Source of the DNA: a bacterium
GTDB lineage: Bacteria > Acidobacteriota > Blastocatellia > HR10
Length of the DNA: 14,007 nucleotides
NCBI GenBank assembly: GCA_041640655.1
Contig: JBEPZV010000060.1
Location: 1-14,007 of the forward strand
Direction of reading: 5' to 3'
Below, in pieces: positions 7,732 to 14,007 of this stretch; within the stretch, counting starts at the first letter, position 1; every line of letters begins with the position of its first letter. The notes under the pieces were generated by a model, which searched no databases, was not told the DNA's origin, and worked only from the letters and a program-made list of their open reading frames with translations. A program made the translations under genes and the position numbers.

Positions 7732-8853
7732 ATGCGACAGAGCTTCGTCCTGGCCAACATCCTGGCGCGCCCGGCGCGAACGATCGCCAGTGTATTCGGG
7801 GTCGCCCTGGGCGTCGTGTTGATCTTGGTGACCGTGGGATTGGCGCGCGGCATCCTCTACGAGACCGGACAGCGAGAGAAGAACGTCGGCGCGGAGATCA
7901 TCTTCCAATCCGCCGGCACGTTGGGAGCGAGCATTACGGCCACGCCGCTGGCGCTCCCGGTGGCCTACACGCAGCGTTTGCGGGAGATCGAAGGGGTGCG
8001 CGCCGTCACCCCCCTTGGGCGATATATCCGCAGTGGCGCCGGCGGCATCGGCTTCGAGATGATCGAGGGAATCGTTGATCAGCCGACGGACACCTACACC
8101 ACCTATGCGGCCATCAGCGGCATCCGCATCGTCGAGGGTCATCCCTTGCGGAGCGAGGACGAGATCATCGTGGATCGTCACTACGCCACGACCAAGAAGA
8201 TCGCTCCCGGCTCACGCGTGGAGATCCTCAACCACACGTTCACGGTCGCCGGGATCTACGAGCCCGAGAGCGGCGGGCGCGTGAAGATGCGCCTCTCGAA
8301 GATGCAGGAACTGCTCGGCGCGCCCGGAAAATGTTCCTCCATCCTGGTGAAATGCGTGGATCCCGCTGAGCAGGAGCGCGTCGCCGAACGGATCGAAGCC
8401 GCTCTGCCCGGGAATCAGATCATCTTCACGCGCGACATCCCCAGTTACTACGATCGGGGGATTCCGGCGCTCAATACGTTCCTTCGCGTGGTCGTCGGGT
8501 TGGCCCTGGTCGTCAGCTCGCTCGTCATCTTGCTGGCCATGTACACGTCCATCACGGAGCGCACGCGCGAGATCGGCATCCTCAAATCGCTCGGGGCCTC
8601 GCGCGGCTTCATCGTCGCCGCGATCGAGAAGGAAGCGCTCACGATCAGCGCTCTGGGGGTCACCGTCGGCTACATCGCATCATTCATCGCCAAAGCGGGG
8701 ATCATGCGGTACACCTCGCTCATCGTAAAATTCGAGGGGAGGTGGCTGCTCACGGCAGCACTCGTGGGGTTGCTCGCCGGTGCTCTCGGCGCCCTGTATC
8801 CGGCAGTGCATGCCGCCCGCCAAGACCCTGTTCGGGCGCTCGCTTATGAATGA
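7732..8853 (+). CDS. ABC transporter permease, FtsX/MacB/LolE-type (type VII)
   Basis: One N-terminal TM, a periplasmic domain, three C-terminal TMs, TERTREIGILKSLGAS and YPAVHAARQDPVRALAYE. Starts immediately after the upstream stop. Confidence 0.92.
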   Translation: MRQSFVLANILARPARTIASVFGVALGVVLILVTVGLARGILYETGQREKNVGAEIIFQSAGTLGASITATPLALPVAYTQRLREIEGVRAVTPLGRYIRSGAGGIGFEMIEGIVDQPTDTYTTYAAISGIRIVEGHPLRSEDEIIVDRHYATTKKIAPGSRVEILNHTFTVAGIYEPESGGRVKMRLSKMQELLGAPGKCSSILVKCVDPAEQERVAERIEAALPGNQIIFTRDIPSYYDRGIPALNTFLRVVVGLALVVSSLVILLAMYTSITERTREIGILKSLGASRGFIVAAIEKEALTISALGVTVGYIASFIAKAGIMRYTSLIVKFEGRWLLTAALVGLLAGALGALYPAVHAARQDPVRALAYE

Positions 8854-8867
8854 GGGGGTGAGAGGCG

Positions 8868-9554
8868 ATGTCGGTCATTCTGAAAACGGTTGATCTCCAC
8901 ATGATCTATCGCATGGGCAAAATCGGCGTCCATGCCCTGCGCGGCGTGAACCTGGAGGTCGAGCGCGGCGAGTTCGTCGCCATCATGGGGCCCTCCGGAT
9001 GCGGCAAATCCACGCTGTTGCACATCGTCGGCGGCTTACTCACCCCCACCTCGGGCGAAGTCTACGTGGACGGCATCGAGATCACGAGCCTCTCGGATGC
9101 CGAGCGGACGGAATTGCGACGGCGCAAGATCGGCTTCGTCTTCCAACGCCTGAATCTCTTCCCCACCCTCACGGTCGAGGGGAATCTGCGACTCGCCGAA
9201 CGCATCTACTACAACGGGACCCGTAACATCGAGGGCGATCCCGAACGCCGCCGCCAGATCCTACGCCTGCTCGGCCTCGAAGATAAGCTCACGCACAAGC
9301 CGAACGAGTTGAGCGGCGGCGAGCAACAGCGCGTGGCCATCGCCCGGGCCATCATCAACCGTCCGGCCATCCTCCTGGCCGATGAACCCACGGGCAGCCT
9401 CGATTCCGAGAATTCGCAGATCGTCCTCCGCATGCTCAAAGAGCTCAACGCCCAATTCGGCCAGACGATCGTCATGATCACCCATAACCCCGAAGCCGCC
9501 GCCATGGCCAATCGCATCATCCACATGCGCGACGGCAAGATCATCACCCCATGA
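8868..9554 (+). CDS. ABC transporter ATP-binding protein, LolD/MacB-like
   Basis: Walker [15 protein letters not shown], signature [14 protein letters not shown], Walker [12 protein letters not shown] and H-loop ITH. Confidence 0.95.
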   Translation: MSVILKTVDLHMIYRMGKIGVHALRGVNLEVERGEFVAIMGPSGCGKSTLLHIVGGLLTPTSGEVYVDGIEITSLSDAERTELRRRKIGFVFQRLNLFPTLTVEGNLRLAERIYYNGTRNIEGDPERRRQILRLLGLEDKLTHKPNELSGGEQQRVAIARAIINRPAILLADEPTGSLDSENSQIVLRMLKELNAQFGQTIVMITHNPEAAAMANRIIHMRDGKIITP

Positions 9555-9571
9555 CGCGGAGCGCTCCCCCC

Positions 9572-9602
9572 TTGTCACCCTCCTTCGCCCTTTTGATATA
9601 AT
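9572..9602 (+). promoter_or_regulatory. Probable internal promoter (extended -10)
   Basis: TGA-TATAAT at 9594-9602, with TTGTCA at 9572-9577 (19-nt spacer, long). Confidence 0.55.
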
Positions 9603-9638
9603 TGCCCCTTGCGCGCGGAGATGGGTACGAAGGGGCTC

Positions 9639-9890
9639 ATGGCGCTCAAGAACGTTCTCCTCTGGTCCTACGAACGGGGGACCTGGCAGTACGATGTGTT
9701 GTGCCTGCTGATCCTGGCGTTCATCTTCCTGACGCCGAGCAGTTGGTTCAATCGCTCGAATACCGGTTCGATCCCCCATCGCGGGATGGAACAGCGCGAG
9801 GTGCCATCGCGACCGCCGCTGCGCGCCAGCGCCCCGACCTCGGAGCAGAAGCAAGCCCATATCTCTCCCGCGCCGGCCATTGACAAGTAG
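9639..9890 (+). CDS. Small single-pass membrane protein of unknown function
   Basis: [28 protein letters not shown] followed by a Pro-rich tail. RBS GAAGGGG precedes ATG 9639 (alternative ATG 9621). Fills the gap between the ATPase and LolA. Confidence 0.72.
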   Translation: MALKNVLLWSYERGTWQYDVLCLLILAFIFLTPSSWFNRSNTGSIPHRGMEQREVPSRPPLRASAPTSEQKQAHISPAPAIDK

Positions 9891-9909
9891 TGCGGCTCCC
9901 ACCTACCCT
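9880..9909 (+). promoter_or_regulatory. Possible promoter for the LolA-family gene
   Basis: TTGACA (9880-9885), 18 nt, TACCCT (9904-9909). It would give a very short leader before ATG 9924, which lacks a clear RBS. Confidence 0.4.
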
Positions 9910-9923
9910 ATAGCGAACGCCGT

Positions 9924-10655
9924 ATGTGGGTGAAGCGCGCGAGATCGAGACGATGGACGAACTTCTTCGTGGGCGTGGGGACGATGCTCGCCCTGCTGGG
10001 TTTCCCATCCTCACGCGGGCGCAGTGCTCCCGATTCGGGGATGAGCGTCACGCCCATCTTGGAGCAGATGGCACAGGCCGTGCGGCGCATGCGCACCCTG
10101 CGCGCGGCTCTCAGCCAGGAGAAGTTCTACGCGCAACTCGGCCTCAAAGACCCGCCGGAGAAGGGCGTCCTCTATATGAAGCGGAGGGGCGAGCGCGACC
10201 TCTCCCTTCGCATCGAGATCACCGTCCCCGAGAAGCGCATCATCACGGTCACGGGCAATCGCTTCCTCCTCTATCAGCCGCGCATCAATCAGGCGATCGA
10301 AGGCGTCATTGACCGAACGTCCGCGCGCGCGGCCGCCGGTTTCCTCGCCTATCTCTTCAATGGCCTCACTCAAGCCGCTGAGGATTACGAGATCGCTCTC
10401 GCCGGATACGAGACGATCCAAGGCCGCCGCGTCTCGCATCTGGTGCTCACCCCCAGACCGAATCGGCGCGGCGTCTATCGGCGCGTGGACCTCTGGGTGG
10501 ATCACCAGCTCTGGCTCCCGACGGTCCAAAAGATCGTCGAAGCGAATCGCGATGAGACGCTCCTGAAACTCGACGAGATCCAGCTCAACGTGAACCTCCC
10601 CGATGGCCTCTTCATGCAAAAGCTCCCGCCTGGCGTCCAGCGAGTCAGAGGCTGA
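9924..10655 (+). CDS. lolA: Outer-membrane lipoprotein carrier protein, LolA family
   Basis: Signal peptide, LRAALSQEK..GVLYMKR..LRIEITVPEKRIITVTGNRFLLYQPRINQ, LVLTPR, VDLWVD..LP, and C-terminal NVNLPDGLF..PPGVQRV. Confidence 0.82.
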   Translation: MWVKRARSRRWTNFFVGVGTMLALLGFPSSRGRSAPDSGMSVTPILEQMAQAVRRMRTLRAALSQEKFYAQLGLKDPPEKGVLYMKRRGERDLSLRIEITVPEKRIITVTGNRFLLYQPRINQAIEGVIDRTSARAAAGFLAYLFNGLTQAAEDYEIALAGYETIQGRRVSHLVLTPRPNRRGVYRRVDLWVDHQLWLPTVQKIVEANRDETLLKLDEIQLNVNLPDGLFMQKLPPGVQRVRG

Positions 10656-10695
10656 GCTTCGGGTCTCCCCTCAACACGCCTCAGAGAGAAACATC

Positions 10696-10724
10696 TTGAC
10701 GGTGCCCGACCGACCTGATATAAG
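10696..10724 (+). promoter_or_regulatory. Probable promoter for the FG-GAP protein gene
   Basis: TTGACG (10696-10701), 17 nt, TATAAG (10719-10724) preceded by TGn. Confidence 0.5.
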
Positions 10725-10868
10725 TGACCCTGGCCATGAGCGAATGCGCGAGGGAAGTGGGATGAGGAGACGTCGCTCTCCGAGCGCTTTCCGGAAACTC
10801 TCATGGTCGCCCCAAGCGGCTCGCTCATCGGCTCACAGGCGAAAGGATGGCACAAGGGAGGTCTTCGC

Positions 10869-12602
10869 ATGTCTGGACAAACGATCCGACGCGTTTCTCC
10901 TTACGCCCTGGCGTGTGTGATGCTCATGTCGCTTAGCCTTCTGCTGGGCGGCTCGTGGCTCACGGCGCGGTCCTCGGAGCCGCACGAAGACACCGCGCCC
11001 GCGGCCCTGGATCTTCAGCAAGGACCGGACCTGATGCTCGTCGGCATGAACGCCGGAGATGGGATCACCGTGGATGCGGTCGGTCAGATCTCGGGCAACA
11101 TCACAGCCATCGCCGCTGATGTCAACGGGGATGGCATGAACGACCTCATCATGGGCGTCCCCTATAACGACGGTCCGGACGGAGCGCGATCGAACTGCGG
11201 AGCCGTCTTCATCATCCTCGGACGACAGGGGCAGCGACTGCCGCTTGTTCGCGATCTGAACCTCCAAAGGCCGGATGTGATCATCTACGGAGCTGATGCC
11301 AATGATCGCTTGGGGTCCAGCGTGGCCGCCGGCGATGTCAACGGCGACGGAGTGGCCGATGTGGTCATCGGCGCTCCGAATGCGGACGGGCTGAATAACA
11401 CGCGCCCGAATGTGGGCGAAGTGTACATCTTCTTCGGAGGAGCTTCGATCGCCTCCGCTGCCGTACGCGACCTGCGTTCGTCACCGGCCGATGCCACGAT
11501 CATCGGCTGGGGAGGACCGGCCGGGAAGAACGTGCAGGACCAGGCGGGCGCCGCTGTGGCCGTCGGTGATGTCAATGGCGATCAGCTTGGAGATATCGTC
11601 ATCGGCGCGCCGGGCGTGAAGGGACCGGATGGGAGCCGAACGACAAGTCCATCACTTGGACTCCCTGTCTCAGCGGGAGCCATCTACGTCCTCTTCGGAT
11701 CCAACGCCTGGACACCGGGGGTGCTCAGAGACATCGGAAGCAATCCGGCTTCGCCCTCGGCAGACATCGTGATTTTCGGGCGGACGGCGTCGATCCAGAT
11801 TTTCCGAGTCGGTGAAGGTCTCGGGAATGCGGTGACCGTGGGAGATGTCAATGGGGATGGAATCGGAGACATCATCGGAGGAGCCCCCTTCTTTACAGCG
11901 GGGAATGACATCAGCCAGGGACGAGCGTATGTCTTTTTCGGAAGCCGCACTCCGACCAGTCGGCGCGACACGCAACAGACCTCCGGCGCTCAAGCCCCAA
12001 ACATGACGATCAATGGGATTGACGCTGCCGACCTCTTAGGAGGCATCATTGCGGCGGGCGATGTGAACGGAGATGGCATTGATGACCTCATCCTCGGCGT
12101 TCCTCAGGGAGCAGGCCCTGGGAATGCGCGCCTGAGTGCAGGGGAAGTGTATGTCCTGTTCGGCGGCAGCTCTCTGACCGGAACTCGAGATCTGGGGAAG
12201 AATCCGCCGGACACGCTCTTCTACGGCGCGGACCCTGGGGATGCTCTCGGATTCGCGCTCGCCGTGGGCGATTGGAATGGGGATGGCCGCAAGGACTTGA
12301 TCCTCGCCGCTCCCGCCGCGGATGGTCCGGGGAACCGGCGCGATGGAGCGGGAGAGATCTACGTCATCCTCGGGGGAGCGAGTTTTCCCCGTGGCACGGT
12401 GGATTTCTCGGAGACGCCGCCTGATCCGAACCTGACGATCTACGGGGCTACGATCGGCGATCAGGTGGGATTCTCCCTCTACGCCGTTGACCTCGACAAT
12501 GACGGGAGGGCCGACATCATCGCCACTTCGCCCTTTGGCGATGGGCCTCCGGAGATTCGCCGTCCGAAAGCCGGCGTGGTCTACGCCATCCGAGGCCGAT
12601 AG
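10869..12602 (+). CDS. Secreted FG-GAP repeat (integrin alpha-like beta-propeller) protein
   Basis: Signal peptide and seven DxNGDG-type Ca-binding motifs, each followed by IGAP/GVP-like and GEVYIFFG-like segments. ATG 10869 has RBS AAGGGAGGT. Confidence 0.9.
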   Translation: MSGQTIRRVSPYALACVMLMSLSLLLGGSWLTARSSEPHEDTAPAALDLQQGPDLMLVGMNAGDGITVDAVGQISGNITAIAADVNGDGMNDLIMGVPYNDGPDGARSNCGAVFIILGRQGQRLPLVRDLNLQRPDVIIYGADANDRLGSSVAAGDVNGDGVADVVIGAPNADGLNNTRPNVGEVYIFFGGASIASAAVRDLRSSPADATIIGWGGPAGKNVQDQAGAAVAVGDVNGDQLGDIVIGAPGVKGPDGSRTTSPSLGLPVSAGAIYVLFGSNAWTPGVLRDIGSNPASPSADIVIFGRTASIQIFRVGEGLGNAVTVGDVNGDGIGDIIGGAPFFTAGNDISQGRAYVFFGSRTPTSRRDTQQTSGAQAPNMTINGIDAADLLGGIIAAGDVNGDGIDDLILGVPQGAGPGNARLSAGEVYVLFGGSSLTGTRDLGKNPPDTLFYGADPGDALGFALAVGDWNGDGRKDLILAAPAADGPGNRRDGAGEIYVILGGASFPRGTVDFSETPPDPNLTIYGATIGDQVGFSLYAVDLDNDGRADIIATSPFGDGPPEIRRPKAGVVYAIRGR

Positions 12603-12608
12603 TATAAA

Positions 12609-12642
12609 GCGGAGGGGCGAAACGCTCTCAACGCCCCTCCGC
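12609..12642. terminator. Stem-loop, probable (possibly bidirectional) intrinsic terminator
   Basis: GCGGAGGGGCG (12609-12619) pairs with CGCCCCTCCGC (12632-12642) in an 11-bp perfect stem with a 12-nt loop. Followed by TTTATA on the minus strand and located 6 nt after the FG-GAP stop. Confidence 0.65.
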
Positions 12643-12717
12643 CCTTCCCCTTCCGACGGGGGACGCCCCGCTCGCTCGATCGTAGACGAGGCGGCCGCGC
12701 GCGAAGACGGCGCGCAC
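12628..12717 (-). pseudogene. Orphaned 3' end of hutI
   Basis: Minus strand translates [29 protein letters not shown], compared with [23 protein letters not shown] at the current hutI end. Confidence 0.75.
12691..12717. repeat. 27-bp direct repeat, left copy (att-like)
   Basis: GCGGCCGCGCGCGAAGACGGCGCGCAC, identical to 13737-13763. Confidence 0.95.
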
Positions 12718-12730
12718 ATCCCCTATGCAT

Positions 12731-12760
12731 TTCACCGCGTGAAGGTGAATGAGCTAATAT
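12731..12760 (+). promoter_or_regulatory. TA promoter/operator candidate
   Basis: Inverted repeat TTCACC-N7-GGTGAA (12731-12749) and -10-like TAATAT (12755-12760), 9 nt before ATG 12770. Confidence 0.5.
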
Positions 12761-12769
12761 TTGTATGCC

Positions 12770-13099
12770 ATGAGCCGACGCGGGATCAAAAAAGGCGAGA
12801 CGGAAAAAGCGAAATTGGAGTGGGTCGTCCCCCGCTCCTTGTTCGATGAAGACTTTCAGGAGGAGGACCTGCTCGCTCTCGTCAAGGAACAAACGGTGAT
12901 CGAGCTCTTCCGCCGCGGGCGCCTGTCGGCGGGGCGTGCGGCCGAGCTTCTGGGGATAGAGAAGCAAGCCTTTCTCGACCTCCTCGCCCGCCGTCGAATC
13001 CCCATTTTGACGCGGACGCGGGCCGGGCGAAGGCGCCATGCCGCTTGGGTCAGGCAAATTCTCCGTGAATTAGAGGATGAGGAGCGAGAAAGCTCGTGA
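12770..13099 (+). CDS. UPF0175 family antitoxin
   Basis: ELFRRGRLSAGRAAELLGIEKQAFLDLLARRRIP HTH-like signature, located upstream of a PIN gene. ATG 12770 chosen over TTG 12761. Confidence 0.85.
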   Translation: MSRRGIKKGETEKAKLEWVVPRSLFDEDFQEEDLLALVKEQTVIELFRRGRLSAGRAAELLGIEKQAFLDLLARRRIPILTRTRAGRRRHAAWVRQILRELEDEERESS

Positions 13100-13194
13100 T
13101 TGCTCCCGCTGGCGACGGGATCGCGGTCTATCGCCTCTCCAGATGCCGCAGATATGAGGAGAGCGGAGGGTATGGGGGAATCCCGAGGACATGA
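13096..13194 (+). CDS. Possible 32-aa bridging ORF between antitoxin and toxin
   Basis: GTG overlaps the antitoxin stop (GTGA) and its TGA overlaps the toxin start (ATGA). Sequence MIAPAGDGIAVYRLSRCRRYEESGGYGGIPRT. Confidence 0.3.
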   Translation: MIAPAGDGIAVYRLSRCRRYEESGGYGGIPRT

Positions 13195-13685
13195 ACGTCG
13201 TTGCGGACTCCACGCCCCTGATCGCTTTAGCAAAGATGAAGGCCCTTTCGCTCCTCCGATCACTCTTTGAGATCGTTCTGGTCCCGAGCGAAGTCTTTCG
13301 GGAGGTCGTCCGCTACGGGAGGGGGCGGCCGGGAGCTGAGGAGATCGCACAGGCCCAATGGATCGTAAGCGCAAAGGTGCGGGCGAAATCCTGGGTGAGG
13401 CGGGTCGCCGAGCGCGAGAATATCGGGCGGGGAGAGGCCGAGATGATCCGTTTGGCTTTGGAACGTAAGATCACGACAGTGCTCACTGATGATCGGAGGG
13501 CGGAAGAGGTCGCTTCCGCGTGGGGGTTGAGAGTCCTCAATACCCCTGACCTTTTCCTTCTGGCGAAGTATCGCGGATTTGTCCGCAACATTCGCCCTTT
13601 GCTCGAAGCTTACATCGCAGCCGGTTATCTTCTGGATCCCACAGATTATCGCGACCTGCTCGCACGAGCGCGGGAGAGACTGTGA
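13191..13685 (+). CDS. PIN-domain protein, DUF3368 family (VapC-like toxin)
   Basis: MNVVADSTPLI, VPSEVFREV, IGRGEAEMIRLA and VLTDDRRA provide the acidic PIN residues, and the gene pairs with UPF0175. Confidence 0.88.
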   Translation: MNVVADSTPLIALAKMKALSLLRSLFEIVLVPSEVFREVVRYGRGRPGAEEIAQAQWIVSAKVRAKSWVRRVAERENIGRGEAEMIRLALERKITTVLTDDRRAEEVASAWGLRVLNTPDLFLLAKYRGFVRNIRPLLEAYIAAGYLLDPTDYRDLLARARERL

Positions 13686-13691
13686 GCTCAA

Positions 13692-14007
13692 TCAGCGGCG
13701 ATGCTCCTCAACTCTTCCGGTGCACTCATACACCAAGCGGCCGCGCGCGAAGACGGCGCGCACCGTGTTCACCCCGAAGAAGTAGGGGATGTGCCGATAA
13801 TCCGGCACATCGAAGAGGACGAGATCCGCTCGTTTGCCGACTTCGAGCGATCCCACGCGATGGCCGCGATCGAGGCTGTAGGCGGCATTGATCGTCGCGG
13901 CCGTGATGGCTTCGGCGGGCGTCATCTGCATCTGCGTGCAGGCGAGCGCGAGGATCATGGGCATGCTCGGCGTGGGTGAGGTGCCGGGATTGAAGTCGGT
14001 GGCCAGG
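13692..14007 (-). CDS. hutI: Imidazolonepropionase, 3' part (partial)
   Basis: Open frame from the window edge: [74 protein letters not shown] is the HutI motif. Confidence 0.9.
   Translation of the reverse strand, partial: LATDFNPGTSPTPSMPMILALACTQMQMTPAEAITAATINAAYSLDRGHRVGSLEVGKRADLVLFDVPDYRHIPYFFGVNTVRAVFARGRLVYECTGRVEEHRR
13737..13763. repeat. 27-bp direct repeat, right copy (within hutI)
   Basis: Identical to 12691-12717 and encodes VRAVFARGR on the minus strand. Confidence 0.95.

Larger units (their letters stand above)
12691..13763. mobile_element. Integrase-free toxin-antitoxin islet inserted in the 3' end of hutI
   Basis: Bounded by perfect 27-bp direct repeats 1046 bp apart, contains only the TA module, and is visibly richer in A/T than the flanks. 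Confidence 0.7.

Noticed and set aside
10760..10806. Resemblance to a glycine riboswitch (GGAGAC..CCGAG..GGAAACTCTCA)
   Set aside because: The conserved CCGAAG and CTCTCAGG cores are imperfect, there is no second aptamer, and the downstream gene is unrelated to glycine. An Rfam scan would be needed.
11100..12540. Recurring GATGTCAACGGCGAC-like nucleotide repeats
   Set aside because: Explained by the FG-GAP protein repeats. They are degenerate at third positions and not a CRISPR array or DNA-level repeat.
12691..13763. IS element or prophage
   Set aside because: No transposase, integrase, terminal inverted repeats or phage genes, and 27 bp is longer than usual IS target duplications.

Overview
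GC-rich bacterial window from a diderm, Acidobacteria-like in gene content (inference). From left to right on the minus strand: a Tat-exported xanthine-oxidase-family molybdoenzyme operon (PaoABC-like; 2Fe-2S subunit, Mo-binding subunit and the first codons of an FAD subunit) led by a secreted Cys-rich protein, then an envelope proteolysis cluster (DegP/Do protease, peptidoglycan-binding protein, site-2 protease with CBS domains). Divergently on the plus strand: a Lol-like cluster (lipoprotein with a LolA-like fold, FtsX/MacB/LolE-type permease, LolD-type ATPase, small membrane protein, LolA-family carrier) and a secreted 7-repeat FG-GAP/integrin-alpha propeller protein. At the right end a ~1.05 kb integrase-free islet carries a UPF0175/DUF3368(PIN) toxin-antitoxin pair. 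It is bounded by a perfect 27-bp direct repeat inside the 3' end of hutI, appears to have replaced the hutI C-terminus, and leaves the apparent original gene end and terminator stranded downstream. All family assignments come from motif recognition by eye, not database searches.
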